The notes under the pieces: model-generated
Told to the model about the DNA's origin: nothing
Seen by the model: the letters and a program-made list of their open reading frames with translations, nothing else
Databases searched by the model: none
Program-made: the position numbers and the translations under genes
Source: an uncultured Acidobacteriaceae bacterium
Lineage (GTDB): Bacteria; Acidobacteriota; Terriglobia; Acidiferrales; UBA7541
Reading direction: 5' to 3'
Assembly (NCBI GenBank): GCA_964524985.1
Contig: CAZGFL010000029.1
Coordinates: 11,283-75,282 of the forward strand
Length of the DNA stretch: 64,000 nucleotides
Part shown: one piece after another, positions 22,027 through 29,724 of the stretch
Layout of the letters: each line of letters starts with the position of its first letter
Numbering within the stretch: the stretch's first letter is position 1

Positions 22027-22767
22027 TTAAAAGTCGCTCCAGGGAGCAAGCAGGTACGCGCGATTCCCTGGCCCGGTTCGCAAGGAAACGGCCGCGTATC
22101 CCTTGGCGAACCATTTTGTGAACTCTTCCCGCAAGCGCGCTTGCAGCTTCGCGACTTCGACGGAGTCTTCGCGAAGCCAGCGCTCGAGATCATCCGGCAG
22201 TTCGATGGTCGCCGGTGCTTCTAGCCAGTCTTTGACAAGATTCTGAATGGCGGCCACCGCGCGGGGAGAATCCACTTGCCACTCCACCAGCAGACGATCC
22301 GTGGCCATTCCGCGGTGCAGCGGGCTGGTGGTAACCCCGTAGAGATTTGGCAGGTATGCTCGGCAGAATGCGCCCAGGCGATTCAGATTGAAGTGCGCGT
22401 TGCGAAGTTCCAGCGGGTCAAACGTCCATTGCACGAGGCGGATCCCGCGGCTCAGCGCCTCTTCGCGCTGGTAGAGCTTGAGCATGCGGCCCACACCTTT
22501 GTCGCGATACTCGCTCAGAACCCCGGTCATGTGCGAATGAAGATAAGGAACGCGGTCACGCAGGCCAGCCACGGCCAGCGTGTACCCGATCAAGCGGTTG
22601 CCGTCAAACGCCCCTAACACCTGGCCGCCGGTGTGCGCGGCCACGACGAACATGGTGGTTGGTTCGACTTCCAGGTCCTTTTCGCCCCAGATTTCACGTT
22701 GCAGTTCCACGCAGCCGTGAAACTCTTCGAGCGTCTCGCACTTGCGAACAACAATCTCTTGGCTCAT
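22027..22767 (-). CDS. GNAT-family acyltransferase (likely D-amino acid N-succinyltransferase)
   Basis: YLHSHMTGV, RDKGVG, WTFDPL..RNA.FN..RLG, TDRL; adjacent to NSAR/OSBS. Confidence 0.8.
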   Translation of the reverse strand: MSQEIVVRKCETLEEFHGCVELQREIWGEKDLEVEPTTMFVVAAHTGGQVLGAFDGNRLIGYTLAVAGLRDRVPYLHSHMTGVLSEYRDKGVGRMLKLYQREEALSRGIRLVQWTFDPLELRNAHFNLNRLGAFCRAYLPNLYGVTTSPLHRGMATDRLLVEWQVDSPRAVAAIQNLVKDWLEAPATIELPDDLERWLREDSVEVAKLQARLREEFTKWFAKGYAAVSLRTGPGNRAYLLAPWSDF

Positions 22768-23711
22768 TCTCTGGCCTTCATTTCAGTGAGTTCTTCGCCA
22801 CGCTTCCCTTCCGTTGCTTTCGTGGCATCCCACAGCGCCTCCATTTGGTCCCGCGGCAGATCCTTGAATTCGTGACCGGATTTTATTGCTATGGCTTCCA
22901 TCGCCCGGAATCGCTTGGAAAACTTCGCGTTGGCTTTCTTGAGTGCAATCTCGGGGTCCACTTGCAAAAACCGTGCGACGTTCACCGCGGCGAAGAGCAA
23001 GTCTCCCAGTTCTTCCTCCACTTTGCCCGCAATCCTTGCTTCCAGGGCTTTTTTCAACTCTCCCGTCTCTTCCCGCATCTTTTCGATGACGCCGTCCACA
23101 TGGTCCCAGTCAAAACCAATCCGCGCCGCTTTGCGCGTCAGTTGGAATCCTTCGAGCGTCGCCGGCAGGGCCTTCGAAACGCTATCGAGAAGAGACGGCT
23201 CATTCGTTGAAGCTTCCTTGGTAAGTTCCTTCTGCTTGCCTGCGCGCCTCTCCTCCGCCTTGATCTGTTCCCAATTGCGAAGCACTTCCGCGGCGTTCTT
23301 CGCGCGCGCCTCTCCAAAAACATGGGGATGCCGGCGGATCATCTTGTCATGAATCTCGCGAATCACGTCGGCGACCGTGAACCGCCCTTCTTCTCGCGCG
23401 ATCTGCGAATGAAAGACGATCTGCAGGAGCAGGTCGCCCATTTCTTCCGCGAACTTTGCGTCATTGCCGCTTTCCAACGCTTCCAAAACTTCGTAGGCCT
23501 CTTCGATCAAGTACGTGCGCAACGTTTGATGCGTCTGCTCGCGGTCCCATGGACAGCCATTCGGCGCGCGTAGCCGCGCCTGCACGGCAACGAGCTTCTC
23601 GAACCACTGTCCGGGAGTCAGTTGTTTTGGAGTTGCCGATTTCGTTTTGCCGCGGCGGGCCTTCTTGAGTTTTTTCTGCTTCTTGTGAACGCGAATCATC
23701 CGTTTTATCAA
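22764..23711 (-). CDS. mazG: Nucleoside triphosphate pyrophosphohydrolase MazG
   Basis: GCPWDREQT, EEAYEV, EEMGDLL, RRHPHVF, second EELGDLLF domain. Confidence 0.95.
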   Translation of the reverse strand: MIKRMIRVHKKQKKLKKARRGKTKSATPKQLTPGQWFEKLVAVQARLRAPNGCPWDREQTHQTLRTYLIEEAYEVLEALESGNDAKFAEEMGDLLLQIVFHSQIAREEGRFTVADVIREIHDKMIRRHPHVFGEARAKNAAEVLRNWEQIKAEERRAGKQKELTKEASTNEPSLLDSVSKALPATLEGFQLTRKAARIGFDWDHVDGVIEKMREETGELKKALEARIAGKVEEELGDLLFAAVNVARFLQVDPEIALKKANAKFSKRFRAMEAIAIKSGHEFKDLPRDQMEALWDATKATEGKRGEELTEMKARE

Positions 23712-23895
23712 GGATATGGAATGCGAATCAAACGTTACACTCTACGGTGCACGCCGAGCTTTTACAAGCTGGTGACGCGAATTGCGCTCTCAGAAGGCAC
23801 AATCTTGGCTGAAACGACGGAAGGCCTGAGTGAGGGCCGTGTTTCTGCGACCCGTGCTAAACTAGGAACAACAAAAAGAGCAGAGGGAAAGCACC

Positions 23896-24384
23896 TTGTC
23901 TGAACACAAGCAGGAAGATTCGTTTCGCGTAATCGACCGGCGGCCGTTTACCTCCGAGGGCGAGCTGCGCAAAGAAGTTGTCGAGGAGCAGGAGCGCGAG
24001 GCCAAGAAAGAGGCTTCCAGGACTCCGCCCTCACCTGCGTCGGAAGAAAAAAAGCCCGCAGCCGCGCCTCCTCCGGAGACTCCCAAGGCCCATCCGGCCT
24101 TTGAAAATCTCATTCGCATGCTGGGCCAGAACGCGGCCATGGTTCTCGGCGCATATGCCGATCCGCGCACCGGCCAGCCCATGATCGATCCCGAAGCGGC
24201 CCGCGAACTCATCGACATGCTCGATGCCCTGCACGAAAAAACGAAGGGCAATCTCGCTCCGGAAGAAAACAATCTTCTTCTGGACCTCCTGGGAAAACTC
24301 AAACTGACGTACGTGGAGATCAACCAGGCGGTTGCGGCACAGGCGCAGGCGGCTACGCAAGCCAAGGCGAAAACGCGCTCCTAG
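23896..24384 (+). CDS. DUF1844-like protein
   Basis: FRVIDRR, ARELIDML..L.EKTKGNL..EE pattern. Confidence 0.75.
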   Translation: MSEHKQEDSFRVIDRRPFTSEGELRKEVVEEQEREAKKEASRTPPSPASEEKKPAAAPPPETPKAHPAFENLIRMLGQNAAMVLGAYADPRTGQPMIDPEAARELIDMLDALHEKTKGNLAPEENNLLLDLLGKLKLTYVEINQAVAAQAQAATQAKAKTRS

Positions 24385-24414
24385 TTCGCGTTGGCTGTCG
24401 TTTCATCCACTTTC

Positions 24415-26271
24415 ATGTCTCGCACTCCGCTGAAAATCACCGTGCTGGGCTCCGGGACCTCCATGGGGGTTCCAACGCTGGGTTGCCCCTGCCGCGTCTG
24501 CAGCTCCCCCGACCCCCATGACAAGCGCCTGCGGCCTTCCATTCTTCTTTCGCGCAACGGCCAGAACGTCGTCATCGACACAACTCCCGACTTCCGCCAG
24601 CAGGCCCTGCGTGCCGGACTGGACCGGCTCGACGCCATCCTCCTCACCCACGGCCACGCCGATCACATTTTGGGATTCGATGATATTCGGCCTTACAACA
24701 TTCGTCAGCGCGCGGCCCTTCCCGTCTACGGCAACGAAGAGACGTTTCGAATCATCCGGCGAGTTTTTGCTTACGTCTTTGACGACAAGCCCACCCTCAG
24801 CACCGTCCCCAGCGTTACACTCAACGCCATCGACAAGCCTTTCGAACTGCTCGGCATTCCTTTTGTTTCCGTCCCGATGTTTCACGGTGAAATGAACGTC
24901 TTGGGCTTTCGCTTTGGCAAGGCCGCTTATTTGACGGACTTCAGCGCCCTTCCTGACTCTTCTATGGCTCTTCTGCGGGGTCTCGACGAACTCATTCTCG
25001 ATGCCCTCCGTGACATTCCTCATCCGATGCATCAGACGGTCGACCAAGCGTTGGCTCTTATCGAGAAGCTGAAGCCTCGCCGCGCGTGGTTCACCCACAT
25101 CGCGCACGATTTACCTCACGCAGAAACCAATGAGCGCCTCGTAAAACTGGGCTACCCTCACGTGCAACTGGCTTACGACGGTTTGCAATTCGAGGTGCAA
25201 GTGAACGCCGAACAGGAAGGCTCCGCCGCGCGGGCAGAATCGGCCGACACCCAGGTCACCGCAACCGGAACACGCACGCCTCGCTTTTCCACCTTCACTT
25301 CATCCGAAGCGTGGGCTTCTCGCTTTGGAAAATTTGGCCACCACAGCGTTCTGGCCATTGGTAGCTTCGACGGCATTCATCTCGGTCACCAAGCTGTCCT
25401 GCGCGCTACTGTCGAACGTGCCCGCGCGCTCAAAGCTGTCCCCACGGCTCTGACGTTTGATCCCTCCCCGCGAAAAGTCCTGCGGCCTGAGACCGCTCCG
25501 CTTCAGCTTTCCACGATTACCCAGCGGCTCGCGTGGTTCAGCACCATGGGTCTTGAAGCGGCCGTCGTACTTCCCTTCACTCTCGAACTCTCGCGCGTTT
25601 TGCCCGAGGAGTTTGTCCTGCAAATTCTGGTTCGTGACCTGCACATCAAGGCCGTCTTCGTGGGCGAGAATTTCCGCTTCGGACACAAACAAGCTGGCGA
25701 CATTCAGCGTCTCCGGCAATTGGGAACCGAGCACGGATTCGAGGTCGTGGTCCTTCCCCCGGTGATTTACCGTGGAGAAGTCGTCTCCAGCACGATTATT
25801 CGCCGAGAAGTCGCCGAAGGCGACCTCGCGCATGCCGCGCGTCTTCTGGGCCGACCCTTCGTCCTTTCCGGGGAAGTCATCACCGGAACGGGCACTGGCC
25901 GTCGCTTCACCTTCCCTACCCTCAACCTTGCCGCGGAACAAGGCATGCTCCCGGCGCGCGGTGTCTATATCACACGCACTTGCCTCGACGGCGAACGCCG
26001 CAGTCACCGCTCCGTCACCAACATCGGCATGCGGCCCACCTTTGATGGCTCCGCGCTCAGCGTGGAGACGCATCTTCTGGATGCGCACTTGCCGGCCACA
26101 CCGAAGCGCATGGAAGTGCTTTTCTGGGATCGTCTGCGCGATGAGAAGAAATTCAGCGGCCCGGAAGAGTTGCGCGCCCAGATTGCACGCGACATCGACC
26201 GCGCCAACAAATTTTTCTCGCGCCTGCGCCGCTTCCGCTCGATCCGTCAGCCTGCCACGGCAAGAGGTTGA
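24415..26271 (+). CDS. ribF: Fusion of PhnP-like MBL-fold hydrolase and bifunctional riboflavin kinase/FAD synthetase
   Basis: N half: LGSGTSMGVP, C.C..C, THGHADH, YLTD, THIAH. C half: GSFDGIHLGHQ, VGENFRFG, VSSTIIR, FPTLN, NIGMRPT, RLRDEKKF. No stop between them. Confidence 0.9.
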   Translation: MSRTPLKITVLGSGTSMGVPTLGCPCRVCSSPDPHDKRLRPSILLSRNGQNVVIDTTPDFRQQALRAGLDRLDAILLTHGHADHILGFDDIRPYNIRQRAALPVYGNEETFRIIRRVFAYVFDDKPTLSTVPSVTLNAIDKPFELLGIPFVSVPMFHGEMNVLGFRFGKAAYLTDFSALPDSSMALLRGLDELILDALRDIPHPMHQTVDQALALIEKLKPRRAWFTHIAHDLPHAETNERLVKLGYPHVQLAYDGLQFEVQVNAEQEGSAARAESADTQVTATGTRTPRFSTFTSSEAWASRFGKFGHHSVLAIGSFDGIHLGHQAVLRATVERARALKAVPTALTFDPSPRKVLRPETAPLQLSTITQRLAWFSTMGLEAAVVLPFTLELSRVLPEEFVLQILVRDLHIKAVFVGENFRFGHKQAGDIQRLRQLGTEHGFEVVVLPPVIYRGEVVSSTIIRREVAEGDLAHAARLLGRPFVLSGEVITGTGTGRRFTFPTLNLAAEQGMLPARGVYITRTCLDGERRSHRSVTNIGMRPTFDGSALSVETHLLDAHLPATPKRMEVLFWDRLRDEKKFSGPEELRAQIARDIDRANKFFSRLRRFRSIRQPATARG

Positions 26272-26354
26272 CAATACAGAGAGGTTCTCGCCCTGCATCT
26301 AGCGCAGTTATGAGGTTGCAGGTATTGTGGTGTTGAAATCTGGATGAATGAACC

Positions 26355-26993
26355 ATGCCGAACTCCAAACGCTACTGCCAAACCTGCCGAGTCCAACTTG
26401 ACAAACGCGGTTTTAGTCGGCACACGCTTTCCGTTGTTCACAGAAAGGCTAAACTGATCCGCGCCATGTTGGAGCGGAATTGCATCACCCATGCCGACAT
26501 TGCCAGACGCATCGGGGTAACGCGGGAGCGCGTGCGTCAACTCGCTCTGCAAATGGGTTTCGCCGAGGGGAGATCGCGGCAGGCCATTTGCCGAATGGAG
26601 CGCCGTAAGAAAGAAATGGCGGAGGTTTTTTTGCAAGCGCAAAAACGCGGATTTCCCGTCGAACCGCTCGGGAGGAGGAGCGCTTACATAAACGGGAAGC
26701 TTTGTGTTCAGCGGCAAGCGTGCTGGCACGACATCGGGAAAGGCGAACACAAATATACTTACCTTAGCATTTATCGGCCCACCGGCCGGTTTGAAATCTG
26801 CGCGTGGAAACTGCCGGATGGCCGCTTTCTGATCCTGCCTAAGAAGCTGGCAGGTTTCAGGCAAACAACCTTCAACCCGGAAGAAAGCGAGCGACTGGGT
26901 ACGTATAGCTCGTCGCACTACTATCGAGAATATATAGAAAGATGGAGCCTGCTCGGGCGACCCCGCGGCGAGAAAATGGCAGCTAGCCGATGA
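26355..26993 (+). CDS. Hypothetical protein: C2H2 zinc finger + sigma70 region-4-like HTH + degenerate PD-(D/E)XK-like domain
   Basis: C-x2-C-x11-H-x5-H; THADIARRIGVTRERVRQL; C-terminal Y.EYIERW.LL. Confidence 0.6.
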   Translation: MPNSKRYCQTCRVQLDKRGFSRHTLSVVHRKAKLIRAMLERNCITHADIARRIGVTRERVRQLALQMGFAEGRSRQAICRMERRKKEMAEVFLQAQKRGFPVEPLGRRSAYINGKLCVQRQACWHDIGKGEHKYTYLSIYRPTGRFEICAWKLPDGRFLILPKKLAGFRQTTFNPEESERLGTYSSSHYYREYIERWSLLGRPRGEKMAASR

Positions 26994-27315
26994 GCGCACG
27001 GATTTTGGCGCGGACCTCAGCCAATTCCGCAGGGGATACGACTCCTTTTCGCTTGGCTCGTCTCCTGCGCCAGTCGAGGCTCTTGATTTGGTCCGCCAGC
27101 ACAGCGGCCCGCGTGGCGCCAGCAATCAGCACCTCGAAGGGATAGCTTTTGATCTGCGTGGTCATAGGACAGCAAAGCATGAGACTTGTCTTTGCGTTGT
27201 AGGCAGCCGGGCTCAGCACGACGGCGGGGCGGTGTCCCGCCTGCTCATGCCCGGCTTGCGGGTTGACGCTGATCCACACAATGTCGCCTGCGTCGGGCAC
27301 ATACGCAGTCGGCAT
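26983..27315 (-). CDS. mazF: MazF/PemK toxin (endoribonuclease)
   Basis: GDIVW..NPQAGHEQAGHRPAVVLSP..YN, CPMTTQIKSYPFEV; TGATG overlap with the antitoxin. Confidence 0.93.
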   Translation of the reverse strand: MPTAYVPDAGDIVWISVNPQAGHEQAGHRPAVVLSPAAYNAKTSLMLCCPMTTQIKSYPFEVLIAGATRAAVLADQIKSLDWRRRRAKRKGVVSPAELAEVRAKIRALIG

Positions 27316-27557
27316 CACCAGGCCTCTTTGCCCACGGGTTTGCCAAAATCGACTTCCTCGTGCAAATTCTCCGGGGTAATTCCTTTGAGGAGTTCCGAGA
27401 GGGTGTATTCCTTGCGCGGGACAGGTTCGATGACAATGCGGCCGAATTCCTCGCGCACGTCCACGGGATCCTCCAGGCGGAGCTTCGCAGCCTGGAGGAC
27501 AGCGGCAGGAATGCGCACCGAGGCGCTGTTGCCCCATTTCTTGACGACGGCTTTCAT
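27315..27557 (-). CDS. mazE: MazE/AbrB antitoxin
   Basis: VKKWGNSASVRIP, YTLSELL..ITPENLHEEVDFGKPVGKE. Confidence 0.93.
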   Translation of the reverse strand: MKAVVKKWGNSASVRIPAAVLQAAKLRLEDPVDVREEFGRIVIEPVPRKEYTLSELLKGITPENLHEEVDFGKPVGKEAW

Positions 27558-27633
27558 AGGTGGTCACCGCCTCCTTGTATAAACATTGTATCTACATCGG
27601 TCCTAAATCAGAAGGCTAGAGTAGACTTGGCAC

Positions 27634-28020
27634 ATGGTCCGTCAGATTGCGCCGGTGTTCTTCACCAGGGACATTCCCGCAACGCTCGCCTATTACACAG
27701 GCAAGCTTGATTTCGCATGTCTGGGGACGTGGCCGACTGCCTTGTCGCTGAACGATCCCCCGGTCTACGCCATCGTGGCGCGCGACCAGCAGGTGATTCA
27801 TTTCCGCTGCGCCGAGCCGCCCACCGCCAATCCGGACAAATACGCGGACGAATTGCTCGACGCCTACCTCGTCGTGGAAGATGCCGACGCACTTTATGCC
27901 GAGTACGCCGCCCAAGGCGTGGAATTCACTCGGGAACTTGGCAACACGCCATGGCACACGCGGGAGTTCGTGGTGAAGGATTGCGATGGCCGTCTGCTGG
28001 CTTTCGGCGCCAACCTGTAA
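27634..28020 (+). CDS. VOC / bleomycin-resistance family protein
   Basis: AYY..KLDF, VEDADALYAE, TPWHTREFVVKDCDG. Confidence 0.85.
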   Translation: MVRQIAPVFFTRDIPATLAYYTGKLDFACLGTWPTALSLNDPPVYAIVARDQQVIHFRCAEPPTANPDKYADELLDAYLVVEDADALYAEYAAQGVEFTRELGNTPWHTREFVVKDCDGRLLAFGANL

Positions 28021-28029
28021 TTCTCACCC

Positions 28030-28067
28030 TGTCATTTCGAACGGAGCGCAGCGCAGTGAGAAATCCC
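28030..28067 (+). repeat. TGTCAT-type REP-like palindrome
   Basis: tgtcatttcgaacggagcgcagcgcagtgagaaatccc; related to copies at 44345, 55943, 57664 and to an inverted copy at 29141-29190. Confidence 0.75.
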
Positions 28068-28773
28068 TCCTCGCCTCGAATTTCCACTTTCGAATTTCGG
28101 CCGCCTGCTTTCTGCGTTCCTCTCGCCACTCGTTTACCCCGAGCTTCCAGGGGCCACTCGAACACTGCTCTTCACAGCCGGTGGTCGGGCCCAGTGGCCG
28201 AAGACCTGTCACCTACCAAGCGAAAACAGCTCCACCGTCGCCACTCTGCTGCAAGCAGGCATAAAGCAAAACTTTAAGGATGGGCCATTTGCGACCCGCC
28301 CTTCGTTTGTTCTATTTGTCCCCCGGTCGAGGCGAGCGCGGAATCGAGAGGACAGGGATACAGGAGAGCACACAGGAGCACAGGGATAACAGGGAGCACC
28401 AAGATAGGGTCTAAATCCTTTAATATCAGCAAATATCTGTGGCAAAAGTGCCTTCTAGAATAGCCAGCTAGCCGCGAATAGGCACCAAGTATGCGCTGAG
28501 CCACCTCTGGCTGTCTTGCAACGCCCTCTCGACGAGGAAGACAAAAGCTAATACTTTGTCACGATATAAACTTTAGTGAATTGGCAACTCCTTGAGCCGG
28601 AACGAGATAACGGCAAACTTTCGCGGGAGGAAAGGCCCCGCCCGCACGACCGAAAATTTCCACAGCCCCAAAATATTTTTATAAACGCCGAATCTTCAAC
28701 GACTTACCACAGTCGGGCGTTCCTCGCTTGGCCTTGAAATAAAATGAGTATGTGCGGTTTGGGGGTTAAAGGA

Positions 28774-29073
28774 TTATTTGCTATTGGTGCGGAAGTTTTT
28801 CGGCCAGGTCTGCCCAGGTTGGATTGTTTCGTTTGATGAGCCAGATTTCTTTTCCCGCCGCCAGCCCTTAATTTCTTTCTCTCGGACGATGGCTGCGCGA
28901 ACGTCTGAGAAGAACTCGAAGTAGACCAAGCGGAAGATTCTGTACCGCGTTGTGAATCCGGGAATGAGCCTTTGACGATGTTCGACCATGCGAAGCTCGA
29001 GGTTGCCCGTCACGCCCGTGTAGAGGTTGCGGGAACGACTAGCGAGGATGTAGACGCAGTAGGTGCGGTTCAA
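28774..29073 (-). pseudogene. Small GIY-YIG nuclease with an apparent 1-nt frameshift near the 3' end
   Basis: YCVYILAS..LYTGVT.NL..R..EH, AIVREKEIKGWRREKK; the family-like tail IWLIKRNNPTWADL lies in the -1 frame, ending at the TAG at 28781-28783. Confidence 0.8.
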
Positions 29074-29140
29074 ATTGAGCGCCAGAGCTAGACTTCAAGG
29101 GCTAGAACCGAAGACCAAAAAAGGAAAAAAAGACCAAAAG

Positions 29141-29190
29141 CAGATCCCTCACCCTCATCCCCACAAACCTGGGCCGCGTTCGGGATGACA
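29141..29190 (-). repeat. TGTCAT-type REP-like palindrome, inverted, upstream of the GIY-YIG gene
   Basis: Reverse complement reads tgtcatcccgaac...gtgagggatctg. Confidence 0.7.
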
Positions 29191-29195
29191 GTCGA

Positions 29196-29696
29196 CTACG
29201 CTTTCATTTTTTGGAGGCAGTCTTCGCAGTACCCGCCGACTTCCGTGCGCGACACCGTGACCTTCATATGGAAGTCGCGCGCAATCTGATTCTTGAGCTG
29301 CTCGTAGAGGCTGCTCTCGAACTCGCGCACCTTGCCGCAGCGCAGGCAGGCGACATGGATGTGGTCGCGCGGTCCGTGGGTTTCGTAGTAGTGCCGGTCG
29401 CCGCGAAGATGCAGCAAATCCAGCTCGTCGATCAGCCCTTCTTTTTTGAGGAGGTCTACCGTGCGGTAGACGGTGACCAGGTGCACGCCGGCATCGATTT
29501 TTTGCGCGCGCTCGAAAATCTGGTCGACGTCCAGGTGCGTCTCCGCATCGTCCATCACTTGCAAAATCACACGACGCTGGCGCGTCATGCGAATGCCGCG
29601 CGCGGCTACCGCTTGCTGAAGCTTGCCCGTGGTCTCGGCGGTGTTGAGGCGCTCACCGGTCGAGACCCGATGAGCGGGTGAGGCGGCCATTGTCAA
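29196..29696 (-). CDS. Fur-family transcriptional regulator
   Basis: MTRQRRVIL, TVYRT, HIHVACLRCG, GYCEDC. Confidence 0.92.
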   Translation of the reverse strand: MTMAASPAHRVSTGERLNTAETTGKLQQAVAARGIRMTRQRRVILQVMDDAETHLDVDQIFERAQKIDAGVHLVTVYRTVDLLKKEGLIDELDLLHLRGDRHYYETHGPRDHIHVACLRCGKVREFESSLYEQLKNQIARDFHMKVTVSRTEVGGYCEDCLQKMKA

Positions 29697-29724
29697 TCAC
29701 CTTGGTGAGCGCTTCCCGCTTGCG

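Noticed and set aside
22764-27557. mazG near mazEF, as in the E. coli mazEFG operon
   Set aside because: They are separated by more than 3 kb and three opposite-strand genes; mazG heads a different operon.
28020-28770. Possible CRISPR array, ncRNA or small ORFs in the long spacer
   Set aside because: No regularly spaced identical repeats, no recognisable RNA motif, and the short ORFs mostly translate repeats.
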